DNA of 64,000 nucleotides from an uncultured Sphingomonadaceae bacterium (GCA_937995515.1 CALKJZ010000007.1:12004-76003), one strand, 5' to 3'; numbered from the stretch's first letter, positions 29,658 through 38,924 are shown. Numbers and translations: made by a program. The notes: generated by a model not told the origin, from the letters alone.

Positions 29658-31585
29658 TGCGGCCCGCCTTGCCTGCTGCCGTGCTGGCCCTGCTGCTTGC
29701 CGGATGCGGCGGCGGCAGCGGGGAGGGCTCGCCAGGCAAGCCGCCGGCCGCTGCCCCCGTGCCGCCGCCGCCGGCGCCCGGCCCCGCGCGCCTGTTCACG
29801 GACCCGGCGCCCGAGTTCCTGACCGAGACGGATGTGCGCCAGATCATCGCGCAGGCGGCAGGCGAGGCGCTGGCGCGCAACCTGCCCGTGGTGATTGCCG
29901 TGACCGACCGGGTGGGCAATGTCCTTGCCGTCTTCCGCATGGCCGGTGCGCGCGCGACGGCGCGGCTGCGCGATGGCCCGGGCGGCAACTTCGACGCCCA
30001 GGGGGTCGAGGTGCCTGCCGAGGCGGCCGCCATCGCCAAGGCGATCACGGGCGCCTATCTGTCGTCGGCTGGCAATGCCTTTTCCACCCGCACGGCGAGC
30101 ATGATCGTGCAGGAGCATTTTCCGCCTTCGGCCGTGGCCCGGGGGCTCGAATCCGGCCCGCTGTTCGGCGTGCAGTTCAGCCAGCTGCCCTGTTCGGACG
30201 TGGCCGCGCGCCTGCCGGGCACCGGGGTTGGGCCGAAACGCTCGCCGCTGGGGCTGGCTGCCGATCCGGGTGGCTTCCCGCTCTACAAGGCCGGCGTGCT
30301 CGTGGGCGGCATCGGCGTGATGGGCGATGGCGACTATGGCTTCGACCCGGAGGTGCGCGACATCGACACCGACGACGAGGAGCTGATCGCGCTGGCCGGC
30401 ACCTCGGGCTTTGCTGCCCCGCGCGAGATCGAGGCCGACCGCATCTCCGTCGATGGCACCACGCTGCGCTTCCGCGACCGGGGCACCGAGGCGCTGCGTT
30501 CCAGCCCGGCCTCGCCGCCGCCGTTCGCATCGCTTGCCGGCGCGCTCGTGGTGGTGCCGGGCTACAGCGATGGCAGCCTGCGCGCCGGCACGGCCTATGG
30601 CAGCGAGGCATCGGGCATCCGCCGCGCCCGTGCCGACGAGAGCGCCAACCCCGATCACTATGTGCTGAGCGACGGCACGGGCCTGCGGCGGTTCGAGCCG
30701 GCGCCGGCAAGCGATGGCGGCCTGACAGCCGCCGAGGTGCGGCGGCTGCTCGATTCCGCCTTCGAGGTGATGGCGCGTGCCCGCGCGCAGATCCGCCGCC
30801 CGCTCGAGAGCCGGGCCCAGGTCTCGATTGCGGTTGTCGATACCAATGGCCGGGTGCTGGGCCTCGTGCGCGCGCCCGATGCGCCGGTCTTCGGCATCGA
30901 CGTGGCCGTGCAGAAGGCGCGCTCGGCGATGTTCCTGTCGTCTGCCAGGGCCGCCTCCGAGCTCGGGGCGCACCCGAACCCGGCCGTGGCCGGCGTGGTG
31001 GCCGCCACCCGCACCTTCCTCGCCGATCCGCAGGCGCTCACCGGCCAGACGGCCATTTCGGCGCGGGCCATCGGCAACCTTGCCCGGCCCTTCTTCCCCG
31101 ATGGCGAGCTCGGCCGGCCCCCCGGGCCGTTCGGCCGGGCAATCGGCAGCTTTTCGCCCTTTGCCAACGGCCTGCAATCCGCGCTCGTCATCGGCGACAT
31201 CGCCGCCCATCTCGGCTTTCTCGCCGGCCAGAACCCCGACCCGCCGCCGGGCTGCGGCGGCCTGCCGCCCGCCGACGAAGGGCGCGGGCGGCTGGCCAAC
31301 GGGCTCCAGATCTTCCCCGGCGGGATCCCGCTCTATCGCCATGGGGTGCTGGTGGGCGGAATCGGCGTCTCCGGCGACGGGATCGACCAGGATGACATGG
31401 TGGCCTTCCTCGGCACCGACGGGGTCGCCGGCACGGGCGGCGTCGGCAACGCCGCCCCGGCAATCCGCTCGGACCGGGTGGAGGTGCCGCTCGCCGACGG
31501 CCGCCGCGTGCGGCTCCGCTGGATTGTCTGCCCCTTTGCGCCCTTCCTCGGCGATGCGGCGCAGAATGTGTGCGCGGGGCGGTGA
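29657..31585 (+). CDS. Lipoprotein with two GlcG/HbpS-like (DUF336) domains, 642 aa
   Basis: ATG 29657 overlaps the upstream TGA (TGATG). It has a lipobox (LLLAGCGG) and a Pro/Ala linker. Two DUF336-type cores are present: IIAQAAGEALARNLPVVIAVTDRVGNVLAVFRMAGA...AIAKAITGAYL and RAQVSIAVVDTNGRVLGLVRAPDAPVFGIDVAVQKARSAMFL. Confidence 0.75.
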   Translation: MRPALPAAVLALLLAGCGGGSGEGSPGKPPAAAPVPPPPAPGPARLFTDPAPEFLTETDVRQIIAQAAGEALARNLPVVIAVTDRVGNVLAVFRMAGARATARLRDGPGGNFDAQGVEVPAEAAAIAKAITGAYLSSAGNAFSTRTASMIVQEHFPPSAVARGLESGPLFGVQFSQLPCSDVAARLPGTGVGPKRSPLGLAADPGGFPLYKAGVLVGGIGVMGDGDYGFDPEVRDIDTDDEELIALAGTSGFAAPREIEADRISVDGTTLRFRDRGTEALRSSPASPPPFASLAGALVVVPGYSDGSLRAGTAYGSEASGIRRARADESANPDHYVLSDGTGLRRFEPAPASDGGLTAAEVRRLLDSAFEVMARARAQIRRPLESRAQVSIAVVDTNGRVLGLVRAPDAPVFGIDVAVQKARSAMFLSSARAASELGAHPNPAVAGVVAATRTFLADPQALTGQTAISARAIGNLARPFFPDGELGRPPGPFGRAIGSFSPFANGLQSALVIGDIAAHLGFLAGQNPDPPPGCGGLPPADEGRGRLANGLQIFPGGIPLYRHGVLVGGIGVSGDGIDQDDMVAFLGTDGVAGTGGVGNAAPAIRSDRVEVPLADGRRVRLRWIVCPFAPFLGDAAQNVCAGR

Positions 31586-33381
31586 GGCGCGCATTCCTCG
31601 CCCTGCTCCTCGCCCCGGCCGTGGCCGGGGCGCAGGAGGCGGAACGGCCGGAGGCCGGCCCGCCCATCGAGCGGCGCGTGCCCGGCATCCGCGCGGAGGT
31701 GGAAGCGCCGGTGCCGCCGACCGACAATCCAGGCGCCGTGCCACCGCCCGAGGCCTGGCCGGCCGACCATCTCCCCGTCCCCGACCGCTGGCGGATCCTC
31801 GACAGCCTCGAGGCGTGGAAAATCCCCTATTTCCGCGACGTGCTCGGGGTGCGGCGCGCGCGCACCCTCGACCCCTACAACCAGAACCTCCTGAAGGGCG
31901 ACAAGCCGCTTCCCGGCACGCAGGACTGGTTCCTCCTGCTTGCTGCGATCTCGGACACCGTCCTCGAGCCGCGCACCTTCCCCATTCCCGTCGGCATCCA
32001 GACCAGCGAGCGGCCAGACGAGCTCGACGTGTTCGGCGGCACGCGCTCCACCGTCGTTGCGCAGACCGTCATCCTTTCCGCCTCGTTGTTCCAGGGCTCC
32101 ACCCTGTTCAAGCCGGTGGAGCAGGAGCTGAAGGTCGCGCTGGCCTTCCAGTTCAACCATGTGACCGTGCCCGAGCGGCGGGTGCTGCTGGTCGAGCCGA
32201 GCCGCGGGCCGGAGCGCTCGGATGCCTTCGTCGGCGTGCAGGAATTGTTCTACGACCGGCACCTGCGCGATGTCTCCGACCGCTATGATTTCGATTCCGT
32301 CCGCATCGGGATCCAGCCGTTCACCGCCGATTTCCGCGGCTTCCTCTTCCAGGACACCCCGCTCGGCATCCGCCTGTTCGGCACCCGCGACGACAACCGC
32401 GTGCAATACAATCTCGCCGCCTTCGTGCGGCTGGAGAAGGACAGCAACACCGGCCTCAACGCCATCCTGCGCAGCCCACGGCAGGATTATGTGCTGGCAG
32501 CCAACCTCTACCGGCAGGATTTTCCGTGGCCCGCGCTCACCTCGCAGGTGGTCGTGCTGTGGAACATCAACCGCGAGGCCGACGATGTGCAGGTGGATAC
32601 CAACGGCTTTCCCGTCCGGCCCGCGCTCATCGGCAACCTGCGCGGGCGCGATTATGACGCCGTCTATCTTGGCTACAACGCCGACGGGCGGATCGGCCGC
32701 CTGAACCTGTCCGCCTCGGCCTATCTGCTGCTTGGCGAGGAGCGCAACAGCGTGTTCACCGGCGATCGGGCGAAGATCCGTGCCGCCTTCCTCGCCGCCG
32801 AGCCCTCGATCGATTCCAACTGGGTGCGCCTGCGCGGCAGCCTGCTGTTTGCAAGCGGCGATGGCAACCCGTTCGATTCCACCCATCAGGGCTTTGATGC
32901 CGTGTTCGAAAACCCGCTCTTTGCCGGGGCGGACACGAGCTTCTGGATCCGCCAGTCGATCCCCCTTGCCGGTGGCGGCCGGGTGATTGCCATCAATGGC
33001 CGCAACGGCATTCTGAACACGCTGCGCCCGTCGAAGGAGCAGGGCCAGTCCAGCTTCGTGAACCCGGGCACGATCCTCGTGGGCGCAGGCGCCGATTTCG
33101 ACGTTCTTCCGACGCTTCGCATTTCGGCCAATGCGAACCATCTGTGGTTCCACCGCACGGCGGTGCTGGAAACCCTGCGCCAGCAGGGCGGGCTTCAACC
33201 CGAGATCGGCTTTGATCTTTCTGCCGCGGCAATCTTCCGGCCGTTCATGCACCAGAATGTCGTGCTGCGCGGCTCGGCTGCGGTGCTGGTGCCGGGCCGT
33301 GGCTTCCGGCAGCTGTTCGTGGCCGAGAACCGCCGCCGGGCCTTCACATCGGTCCTCCTCAACCTCGTGCTGAGCTACTGA
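31570..33381 (+). CDS. Predicted outer-membrane beta-barrel protein (about 600 aa), family not recognised
   Basis: The start is GTG 31570 or GTG 31582; the latter overlaps the upstream stop as GTGA. It has a signal peptide (FLALLLAPAVAGAQE). Long stretches show alternating hydrophobic/polar strand patterns with Gly/Asn/Asp turns. The C-terminus is aromatic (...VLLNLVLSY). Confidence 0.6.
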   Translation: MRGAVRRAFLALLLAPAVAGAQEAERPEAGPPIERRVPGIRAEVEAPVPPTDNPGAVPPPEAWPADHLPVPDRWRILDSLEAWKIPYFRDVLGVRRARTLDPYNQNLLKGDKPLPGTQDWFLLLAAISDTVLEPRTFPIPVGIQTSERPDELDVFGGTRSTVVAQTVILSASLFQGSTLFKPVEQELKVALAFQFNHVTVPERRVLLVEPSRGPERSDAFVGVQELFYDRHLRDVSDRYDFDSVRIGIQPFTADFRGFLFQDTPLGIRLFGTRDDNRVQYNLAAFVRLEKDSNTGLNAILRSPRQDYVLAANLYRQDFPWPALTSQVVVLWNINREADDVQVDTNGFPVRPALIGNLRGRDYDAVYLGYNADGRIGRLNLSASAYLLLGEERNSVFTGDRAKIRAAFLAAEPSIDSNWVRLRGSLLFASGDGNPFDSTHQGFDAVFENPLFAGADTSFWIRQSIPLAGGGRVIAINGRNGILNTLRPSKEQGQSSFVNPGTILVGAGADFDVLPTLRISANANHLWFHRTAVLETLRQQGGLQPEIGFDLSAAAIFRPFMHQNVVLRGSAAVLVPGRGFRQLFVAENRRRAFTSVLLNLVLSY

Positions 33382-33383
33382 CG

Positions 33384-36300
33384 ATGCGCCGGGCGGCCTC
33401 CTTCCTTCTCCTGCTCCTGTGGATCTCGGCGCCCGCAGGCCTCCGGGCGGCAGGCGAGGAGCGGCCGGTTTCCCGCACCTACGTCTTCACCCCGCCCGCG
33501 CCCCGTTCCCAGACCTGGGCCGAGGCAGAGGCGAAATCCGCCGGCTGCGAGACCTGCCACACGGCGACCGACCACCGCACCATGCACGCTTCGCCGGCGG
33601 TCGTGCTCGGCTGCACCGATTGCCACGGCGGCGATGCCGGCGTGCGCGTGCCGCCCGGCACGGCGCCCGATGCGCCTGCCTACCGAGCGGCGCTTGCGCG
33701 CGCGCACGTGCTGCCGCGCTTTCCCAGGGCGTGGAACTGGCCCTCCTCGGCCAATCCGAAGCGGAGCTACGCGCTTCTCAACCGGGAAGCGCCGGAGTTC
33801 GTGCGGTTCGTCAACCCATCCGACTACCGGGCCGCGCGGGCGGCCTGCGGCGCCTGCCACCTCGCCGTGATCGAGGCGGCCGAGCGCTCGCTGATGGCAA
33901 CGGGCGCCATGCTCTGGGGCGGGGCAGCCTACAACAACGGCATCCTCCCGTTCAAGCGCACCCTCGTCGGGGAGGCCTACACGCCCGATGGCAGGCCGGC
34001 GCGCATCGTCTCGCCCGGGCCGGTCTCCGATGCGGCGCGGGCGCGCGGCGTGCTCGAGGCGCTCTATCCGCTGCCGACGTGGCATGTGACGGCGCCCGCC
34101 GACGTGTTCCGCGTGTTCGAGCGCGGGGGGCGCAACATTAACTCCAACTTCCCCGAAATCGGCATCCCCAACGTGCTGGGGCAGATCCAGCGGCTGGAGG
34201 AGCCGGGCCGGCCCGACATCCGGCAGTCGAACCGCGGGCCGGGCACGGGCCAGCGGGTCGCCATCCCGGTGCTCAACATCCACAAGACGCGCCTCAACGA
34301 TCCCTTTACCTGGTTCATGGGCACCAACGACCAGCCCGGAGACTATCGCCACTCCGGATGCGCCGCCTGCCATGTCGTCTATGCCAACGACCGGGAGCCG
34401 CGCCATTCCCTCACCTGGGCGCGCTACGGCCGCGACGGCGAGACGGCGACCGCCGACCCGACCATTCCGAGGGGCCGCAGCGGCCACCCGGTGCGCCATG
34501 CCTTCACACGCGCCATCCCCACCAGCCAGTGCATGAACTGCCACATGCACCAGCCCAACATCTTCCTGAACTCCTATCTCGGCTATACCATGTGGGATTA
34601 TGAGGTGGACGCGCCCGTCATGTGGCCGGAGCGGCAGGCCTATCCCGATGCGGCGGCGATGCGGAAGGTGCTCGACCGCAATCCGGAAGGCGCCTCGGTG
34701 CGCGGCCGGTGGGCAGACCTCGATTTCCTGCGCAATGTCTACGAGCTCAACCCCCAGCTCCGGCACACCCAGTTTGCCGACTATCACGGGCATGGCTGGA
34801 ACTTCCGCGCCATCCTGAAACGCGACCGCGAGGGCCATCTCCTCGATTCCGAGGGCAACCGGGTCGACCCGGGGGATCCGGAGCGCTGGCGGCGGGCGGG
34901 CGAGGGCCAGTTCGTGCCGCCCGGCATCAACCCGGGCAAGACGGTGCACATGATGGACATCCACGCCGAGGTGGGCATGCAGTGCGCCGACTGCCATTTC
35001 GCGCAGGACAGCCACGGCACCGGCAACATCCACGGCGAGGTGGCCGACGCCGTCGAGATCGCCTGCAGGGACTGCCACGGCACGGCCGATGCGCTGCCGA
35101 CGCTGCGCACCTCGAATGTCGCCGCCCGGCCGGGGGGCACCGATCTCAGCCTGTTGCGCAACCCCGACGGCCAGCGCCGGTTCGAGTGGACCATGGAGGG
35201 CGGCCGCCGCGTGCTGCTGCAGCGGTCGATCATCGATCCGGGCCTCGTCTGGCGGGTGAGCCTCGTGCGCGACTCGGTCGATCCAGCCTCGCCGGAGTTC
35301 AACCTGAAGGCCGCCCGTGCCAAGCTGATGGGCCGGACCGGTGCCGAGACCGGCCGCTTCCTGTTCGGCGCCGGCGTGCCGGCCGCCGAGCGGGCGCACC
35401 GCGACGATTCGATGACCTGCTACACCTGCCACCTCGCCTGGACGACGAGCTGCGGCGGCTGCCATCTTCCCATCGAGGCCAACTGGAAGACCGAGGTGCA
35501 CCGCTACGAGGGCAAGACCACGCGCAACTGGGCCAGCTACAACCCGCAGGTGGTGCGCGACGACATGTTCCAGCTCGGCCTGCACCAGACCAGCAAGGGC
35601 AACATCATCGCGCCCGTGCGCTCCTCCTCGGCGCTGGTGCTGACCTCGACCAACGCCAACCGCGAGCGCATCTACGTGCAGCAGCCGCCAATCTCGGCGA
35701 TCGGCTTTTCCTCCCAGGCCTTCGCCCCGCACTTCCCGCACACGGTCCGGAAAACCGAGACCAAGACCTGCACGGACTGCCACCTCTCGGCTGCCGACGA
35801 CAACAATGCCTGGATGGCGCAGCTGCTGCTGCAGGGCACCAACTTCGTGAACTTCATCGGCCTTTATGCCTACACGGGCGGCGAGGGCGGGCTTTCGGCG
35901 ATCCGCGTGACCGAGTTTTCCGAGCCGCAGGCCGTGCTCGGCTCCTACCTCCACCGCTATGCCTACCCGGACTACTGGCGCTGGTTTGTCGGGCAGCAGG
36001 GCCGCGAACTGAAGACCGCCCGCCGCGGCCGCGCGGTCATCGGGCGCTTTTCCAGTGCCACCGACAGCGCCGAGGAGTTCCGCAACATCCACAAGCAGAC
36101 GCAAGGCGCGGTCGGCTGTCTGCAGCACCGCGGCGAATATCTGTTCGTGGCCGAGGGCGCGGGCGGCTTGCGCGCCTATGACATCGCAAGCATTGCAAAC
36201 AAGGGCGTCTCGGAACCGATCCTGACTGGCCCCTTCTCGCGCCTCGGCCACCAGACGCACGTGCCCTCGCGCCATGCCACCTGCGTTGCGCTTCCCACCA

Positions 36301-37286
36301 ACCAGCCGATCGCGCCCTCCCGCAACACGCCCGAGATGCGCGCGCTGAACGCCGAGCAGCCGTTCCACCCGATCTATCACTATGCCGTCGTCACCGATGC
36401 CGAGGAGGGGCTCATCCTCGTCGATGTCGACACGCTCGCCGACCGCGAGCCGCGCAACAACAGGCTCCGCCGCGCGCTCACCTGGAACCCCGACGGCCTG
36501 CTCCGCGGCGCGCGCCACATCACCCTTGCGGGCTCCGTCGCCTATGTGGCGGCCGATGCCGGACTGGTGGTGGTCGACCTTGCGGACCCGCTCGCGCCGC
36601 GGGTTGCAGCACGCGTGCCGCTTCCCGGCCTGCGCGCCACCGCGCTCCAGTTCCGCTATCTCTTCGCCACCACCGCGCGCGGGCTCGAGGTGCTCGATGC
36701 GACAGACCTGCACCAGCCGGTGCCCGTGCCCGGCGCGCTGCTTCCGCTTGCCGATGCGCGCCGTGTCTATGTCGCGCGCACCTATGCCTATGTCGCCGCC
36801 GGCGCACAGGGGCTGGTGATTGCCAATGTCACCAACCCCGAACGGCCGCGGCTGCACAGGGCGGTCACCCTCGAGGGGGGCCTCGATGATGCCTCCGACG
36901 TGGTGGTGGCCTCCACCAATGCATCGCTCTTCGCCTATGTGGCCGACGGCCGCAACGGGCTGAAGGTGCTGCAGCTGACCTCGCCCGACAGCCAGCCGAA
37001 CTTCTACGGCTTCTCGCCCGCCCCCGTGCCCGAGCTCATCGCATTTGCACGCACGCCCTGGCCCCTGCGCGCCGTCTCCAAGGGGCTGGACCGCGACCGG
37101 GCGGTGGACGAGACGGGCGGGCAGATCGCCATCTTCGGCCGCTATGGTTCAAGGCCCTTCACCGCTGCCGAGATGCAGCGCTTCTACCGGAACCGGCAGG
37201 GCCTCGTGTGGAAGGTGCGCGACGAGGCCGACATGGCCGACTGGGTGGGCCCGCGCCCGCCGCTTCGGACGGCCGCTGCGCCCTAG
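33384..37286 (+). CDS. Secreted decaheme c-type cytochrome fused to a C-terminal LVIVD-repeat beta-propeller (1300 aa)
   Basis: The ATG lies 2 nt after the upstream stop, and a signal peptide is present (FLLLLLWISAPAGLRAAG). Ten CxxCH motifs span about 33540-35790: CETCH, CTDCH, CGACH, CAACH, CMNCH, CADCH, CRDCH, CYTCH, CGGCH, CTDCH. At least 6 LVIVD-like blades follow at about 36100-37050: GLRAYDIASIANKG, GLILVDVDTLADREP, GLVVVDLADPLAP, GLEVLDATDLHQP, GLVIANVTNPERP and GLKVLQLTSPDSQP. Confidence 0.85.
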   Translation: MRRAASFLLLLLWISAPAGLRAAGEERPVSRTYVFTPPAPRSQTWAEAEAKSAGCETCHTATDHRTMHASPAVVLGCTDCHGGDAGVRVPPGTAPDAPAYRAALARAHVLPRFPRAWNWPSSANPKRSYALLNREAPEFVRFVNPSDYRAARAACGACHLAVIEAAERSLMATGAMLWGGAAYNNGILPFKRTLVGEAYTPDGRPARIVSPGPVSDAARARGVLEALYPLPTWHVTAPADVFRVFERGGRNINSNFPEIGIPNVLGQIQRLEEPGRPDIRQSNRGPGTGQRVAIPVLNIHKTRLNDPFTWFMGTNDQPGDYRHSGCAACHVVYANDREPRHSLTWARYGRDGETATADPTIPRGRSGHPVRHAFTRAIPTSQCMNCHMHQPNIFLNSYLGYTMWDYEVDAPVMWPERQAYPDAAAMRKVLDRNPEGASVRGRWADLDFLRNVYELNPQLRHTQFADYHGHGWNFRAILKRDREGHLLDSEGNRVDPGDPERWRRAGEGQFVPPGINPGKTVHMMDIHAEVGMQCADCHFAQDSHGTGNIHGEVADAVEIACRDCHGTADALPTLRTSNVAARPGGTDLSLLRNPDGQRRFEWTMEGGRRVLLQRSIIDPGLVWRVSLVRDSVDPASPEFNLKAARAKLMGRTGAETGRFLFGAGVPAAERAHRDDSMTCYTCHLAWTTSCGGCHLPIEANWKTEVHRYEGKTTRNWASYNPQVVRDDMFQLGLHQTSKGNIIAPVRSSSALVLTSTNANRERIYVQQPPISAIGFSSQAFAPHFPHTVRKTETKTCTDCHLSAADDNNAWMAQLLLQGTNFVNFIGLYAYTGGEGGLSAIRVTEFSEPQAVLGSYLHRYAYPDYWRWFVGQQGRELKTARRGRAVIGRFSSATDSAEEFRNIHKQTQGAVGCLQHRGEYLFVAEGAGGLRAYDIASIANKGVSEPILTGPFSRLGHQTHVPSRHATCVALPTNQPIAPSRNTPEMRALNAEQPFHPIYHYAVVTDAEEGLILVDVDTLADREPRNNRLRRALTWNPDGLLRGARHITLAGSVAYVAADAGLVVVDLADPLAPRVAARVPLPGLRATALQFRYLFATTARGLEVLDATDLHQPVPVPGALLPLADARRVYVARTYAYVAAGAQGLVIANVTNPERPRLHRAVTLEGGLDDASDVVVASTNASLFAYVADGRNGLKVLQLTSPDSQPNFYGFSPAPVPELIAFARTPWPLRAVSKGLDRDRAVDETGGQIAIFGRYGSRPFTAAEMQRFYRNRQGLVWKVRDEADMADWVGPRPPLRTAAAP

Positions 37287-37568
37287 CGGGCCGCCGCGGC
37301 AGGGCGCGAGGTCAGCCGGCGCGCCGGCCCGGCATCGGCCGGAACGCCGCCTGACCGTGGGCGCAGGAGGGGGGCGGTGCCGGCGGGGCCCGTCAGCGGC
37401 CGCAGGAGGGGAAGGCGCCGCGGCCCTCGGGGCTGCCCGGTCGGGCTCGTGGGGCGTGGCTTGCCGGGCCGCGCGGGCGGCCCCTGCCCGAGGCCATCGT
37501 CGCATCATCTGGCAGGCTCGCCGATCCGTCACCTCCGAGGCGTGGGCTCCGCCGCCCGCCGTGCCGCG

Positions 37569-38924
37569 CTAGACGACGCCATAGGCGAGCATCGCATCGG
37601 CCACCTTCTTGAACCCGGCGATATTGGCCCCCTTCACATAGTCGACGTGGCCGTCGGCCTGGGTTCCCCAGCGCACGCAGCGGTCGTGGATGCCTTTCAT
37701 GATGTCCTTCAGCAGCGTCTGCAGCTGCTCTTCCGTCCAGCTGATCCGCGCCGAGTTCTGGCTCATCTCCAGGCCCGAGACGGCCACGCCGCCGGCATTG
37801 GCCGCCTTGCCGGGCGCGAACAGCACGCGTGCGGCCTTCAGATAGTGGGTGGCCTCGAGCGTCGTTGGCATGTTCGCACCCTCGACGACCGCCACCACGC
37901 CATTGGCCACCAGCCGGCGTGCATCCTCCTCGTCAAGCTCGTTCTGGGTTGCACACGCAAGCGCCACGTCGCAGGCCACGCCCCAGGGCCGCGCCCCGGG
38001 GTGGTAGGTCGCGCCGGCGAACCGCTCGGCATATTCGGCGATCCGCCCGCGCCGCCGCGTCTTCAGATCCTTCACCCAGTCGATCTTTTCCTGGTCGAGC
38101 CCTTGCGGGTCGTGGATGAAGCCGTCGGAATCCGAAAGCGTGACTGGCCGGGCGCCCAGCATCACGAGCTTTTCCGCCGCGTGGATCGCCACATTGCCCG
38201 AGCCGGAGATGGCGCACACCAGCCCCTCCACCCCGCGCCCCTGGTGCGCCAGCATGTTCTCGAGGAAGTGGACGGCGCCATAGCCGGTCGCCTCGGTGCG
38301 GATGAGCGAGCCGCCGAACTCCAGCCCCTTGCCGGTGAGCACGCCGGTGAAATGGTTGGTGATCCGCTTGTACTGGCCGAACATGTAGCCGATTTCGCGC
38401 GCGCCCACGCCAATGTCGCCGGCAGGCACGTCCACATCGGCGCCGACGTGGCGGTAGAGCTCGGTCATGAAGCTCTGGCAGAAGCGCATCACCTCGCGGT
38501 CGGACTTGCCGCGCGGGTTGAAGTTCGCGCCACCCTTGCCGCCGCCCATCGGCAGCCCGGTGAGCGCATTCTTGAAGGTCTGTTCAAAGGCCAGGAACTT
38601 CAGCACGGATTCGGTGACCGACGGGTGGAAGCGCAGCCCGCCCTTGTAGGGGCCGATGGCATTGTTGTTCTGCACCCGCCAGCCGCGCTGGACGCGGATG
38701 TCGCCCTTGTCGTCTTCCCAACAGACCCGGAAGGAGACCACCCGGTCGGGCTCGGCAATCCGCCTGAGGATCTGCTCGGAATGATACTCCTCGTGGGACT
38801 CGAAGAAGTCGTAGATGTCTTCTGCCACTTCCTGCACGGCCTGCACGAACTCCGGTTGGCCCGGGTTGCGCCGCCTCACGCCCTCCATGAAGCCGGCAAG
38901 ATCCACATGCTCGCCTCGCGCCAT
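37569..38924 (-). CDS. gdhA: NADP-specific glutamate dehydrogenase
   Basis: Starts at ATG 38924 (MARGEHVDLAGFMEGVRRRNPGQPEFVQAVQEV...), preceded by GGAGA. Signatures: GPYKGGLRFHP, GLPMGGGKGG and CAISGSGNVA. 451 aa. Confidence 0.95.
   Translation of the reverse strand: MARGEHVDLAGFMEGVRRRNPGQPEFVQAVQEVAEDIYDFFESHEEYHSEQILRRIAEPDRVVSFRVCWEDDKGDIRVQRGWRVQNNNAIGPYKGGLRFHPSVTESVLKFLAFEQTFKNALTGLPMGGGKGGANFNPRGKSDREVMRFCQSFMTELYRHVGADVDVPAGDIGVGAREIGYMFGQYKRITNHFTGVLTGKGLEFGGSLIRTEATGYGAVHFLENMLAHQGRGVEGLVCAISGSGNVAIHAAEKLVMLGARPVTLSDSDGFIHDPQGLDQEKIDWVKDLKTRRRGRIAEYAERFAGATYHPGARPWGVACDVALACATQNELDEEDARRLVANGVVAVVEGANMPTTLEATHYLKAARVLFAPGKAANAGGVAVSGLEMSQNSARISWTEEQLQTLLKDIMKGIHDRCVRWGTQADGHVDYVKGANIAGFKKVADAMLAYGVV

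Noticed and set aside
33375-36857. A 1160-aa minus-strand ORF antisense to the decaheme-LVIVD gene. Similar cases are 7454-9817(-), 14395-16815(-), 44976-48194(+) and 61420-63996(-).
   Set aside because: The same reasoning applies. The opposite strand encodes proteins with unambiguous motifs (CxxCH series, CcmF WWD motif, cyclase domain, Pha subunits, PheA/GGDEF). The antisense products are compositionally aberrant.
17695-37286. The TPS and multiheme region as a horizontally acquired genomic island or mobile element.
   Set aside because: No integrase, transposase, tRNA or flanking direct repeats are visible. Base composition looks uniform with the flanks by eye. I could not compute skew or k-mer statistics, so this rejection is soft.
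37287-37568. The 282-bp convergent intergenic region, including a 14-nt perfect palindrome gccggcgcgccggc at about 37314-37327, as a possible small RNA or tRNA locus.
   Set aside because: There are no tRNA-like conserved boxes and no promoter or terminator signals that I can support. GC-rich palindromes of this size are common by chance here.
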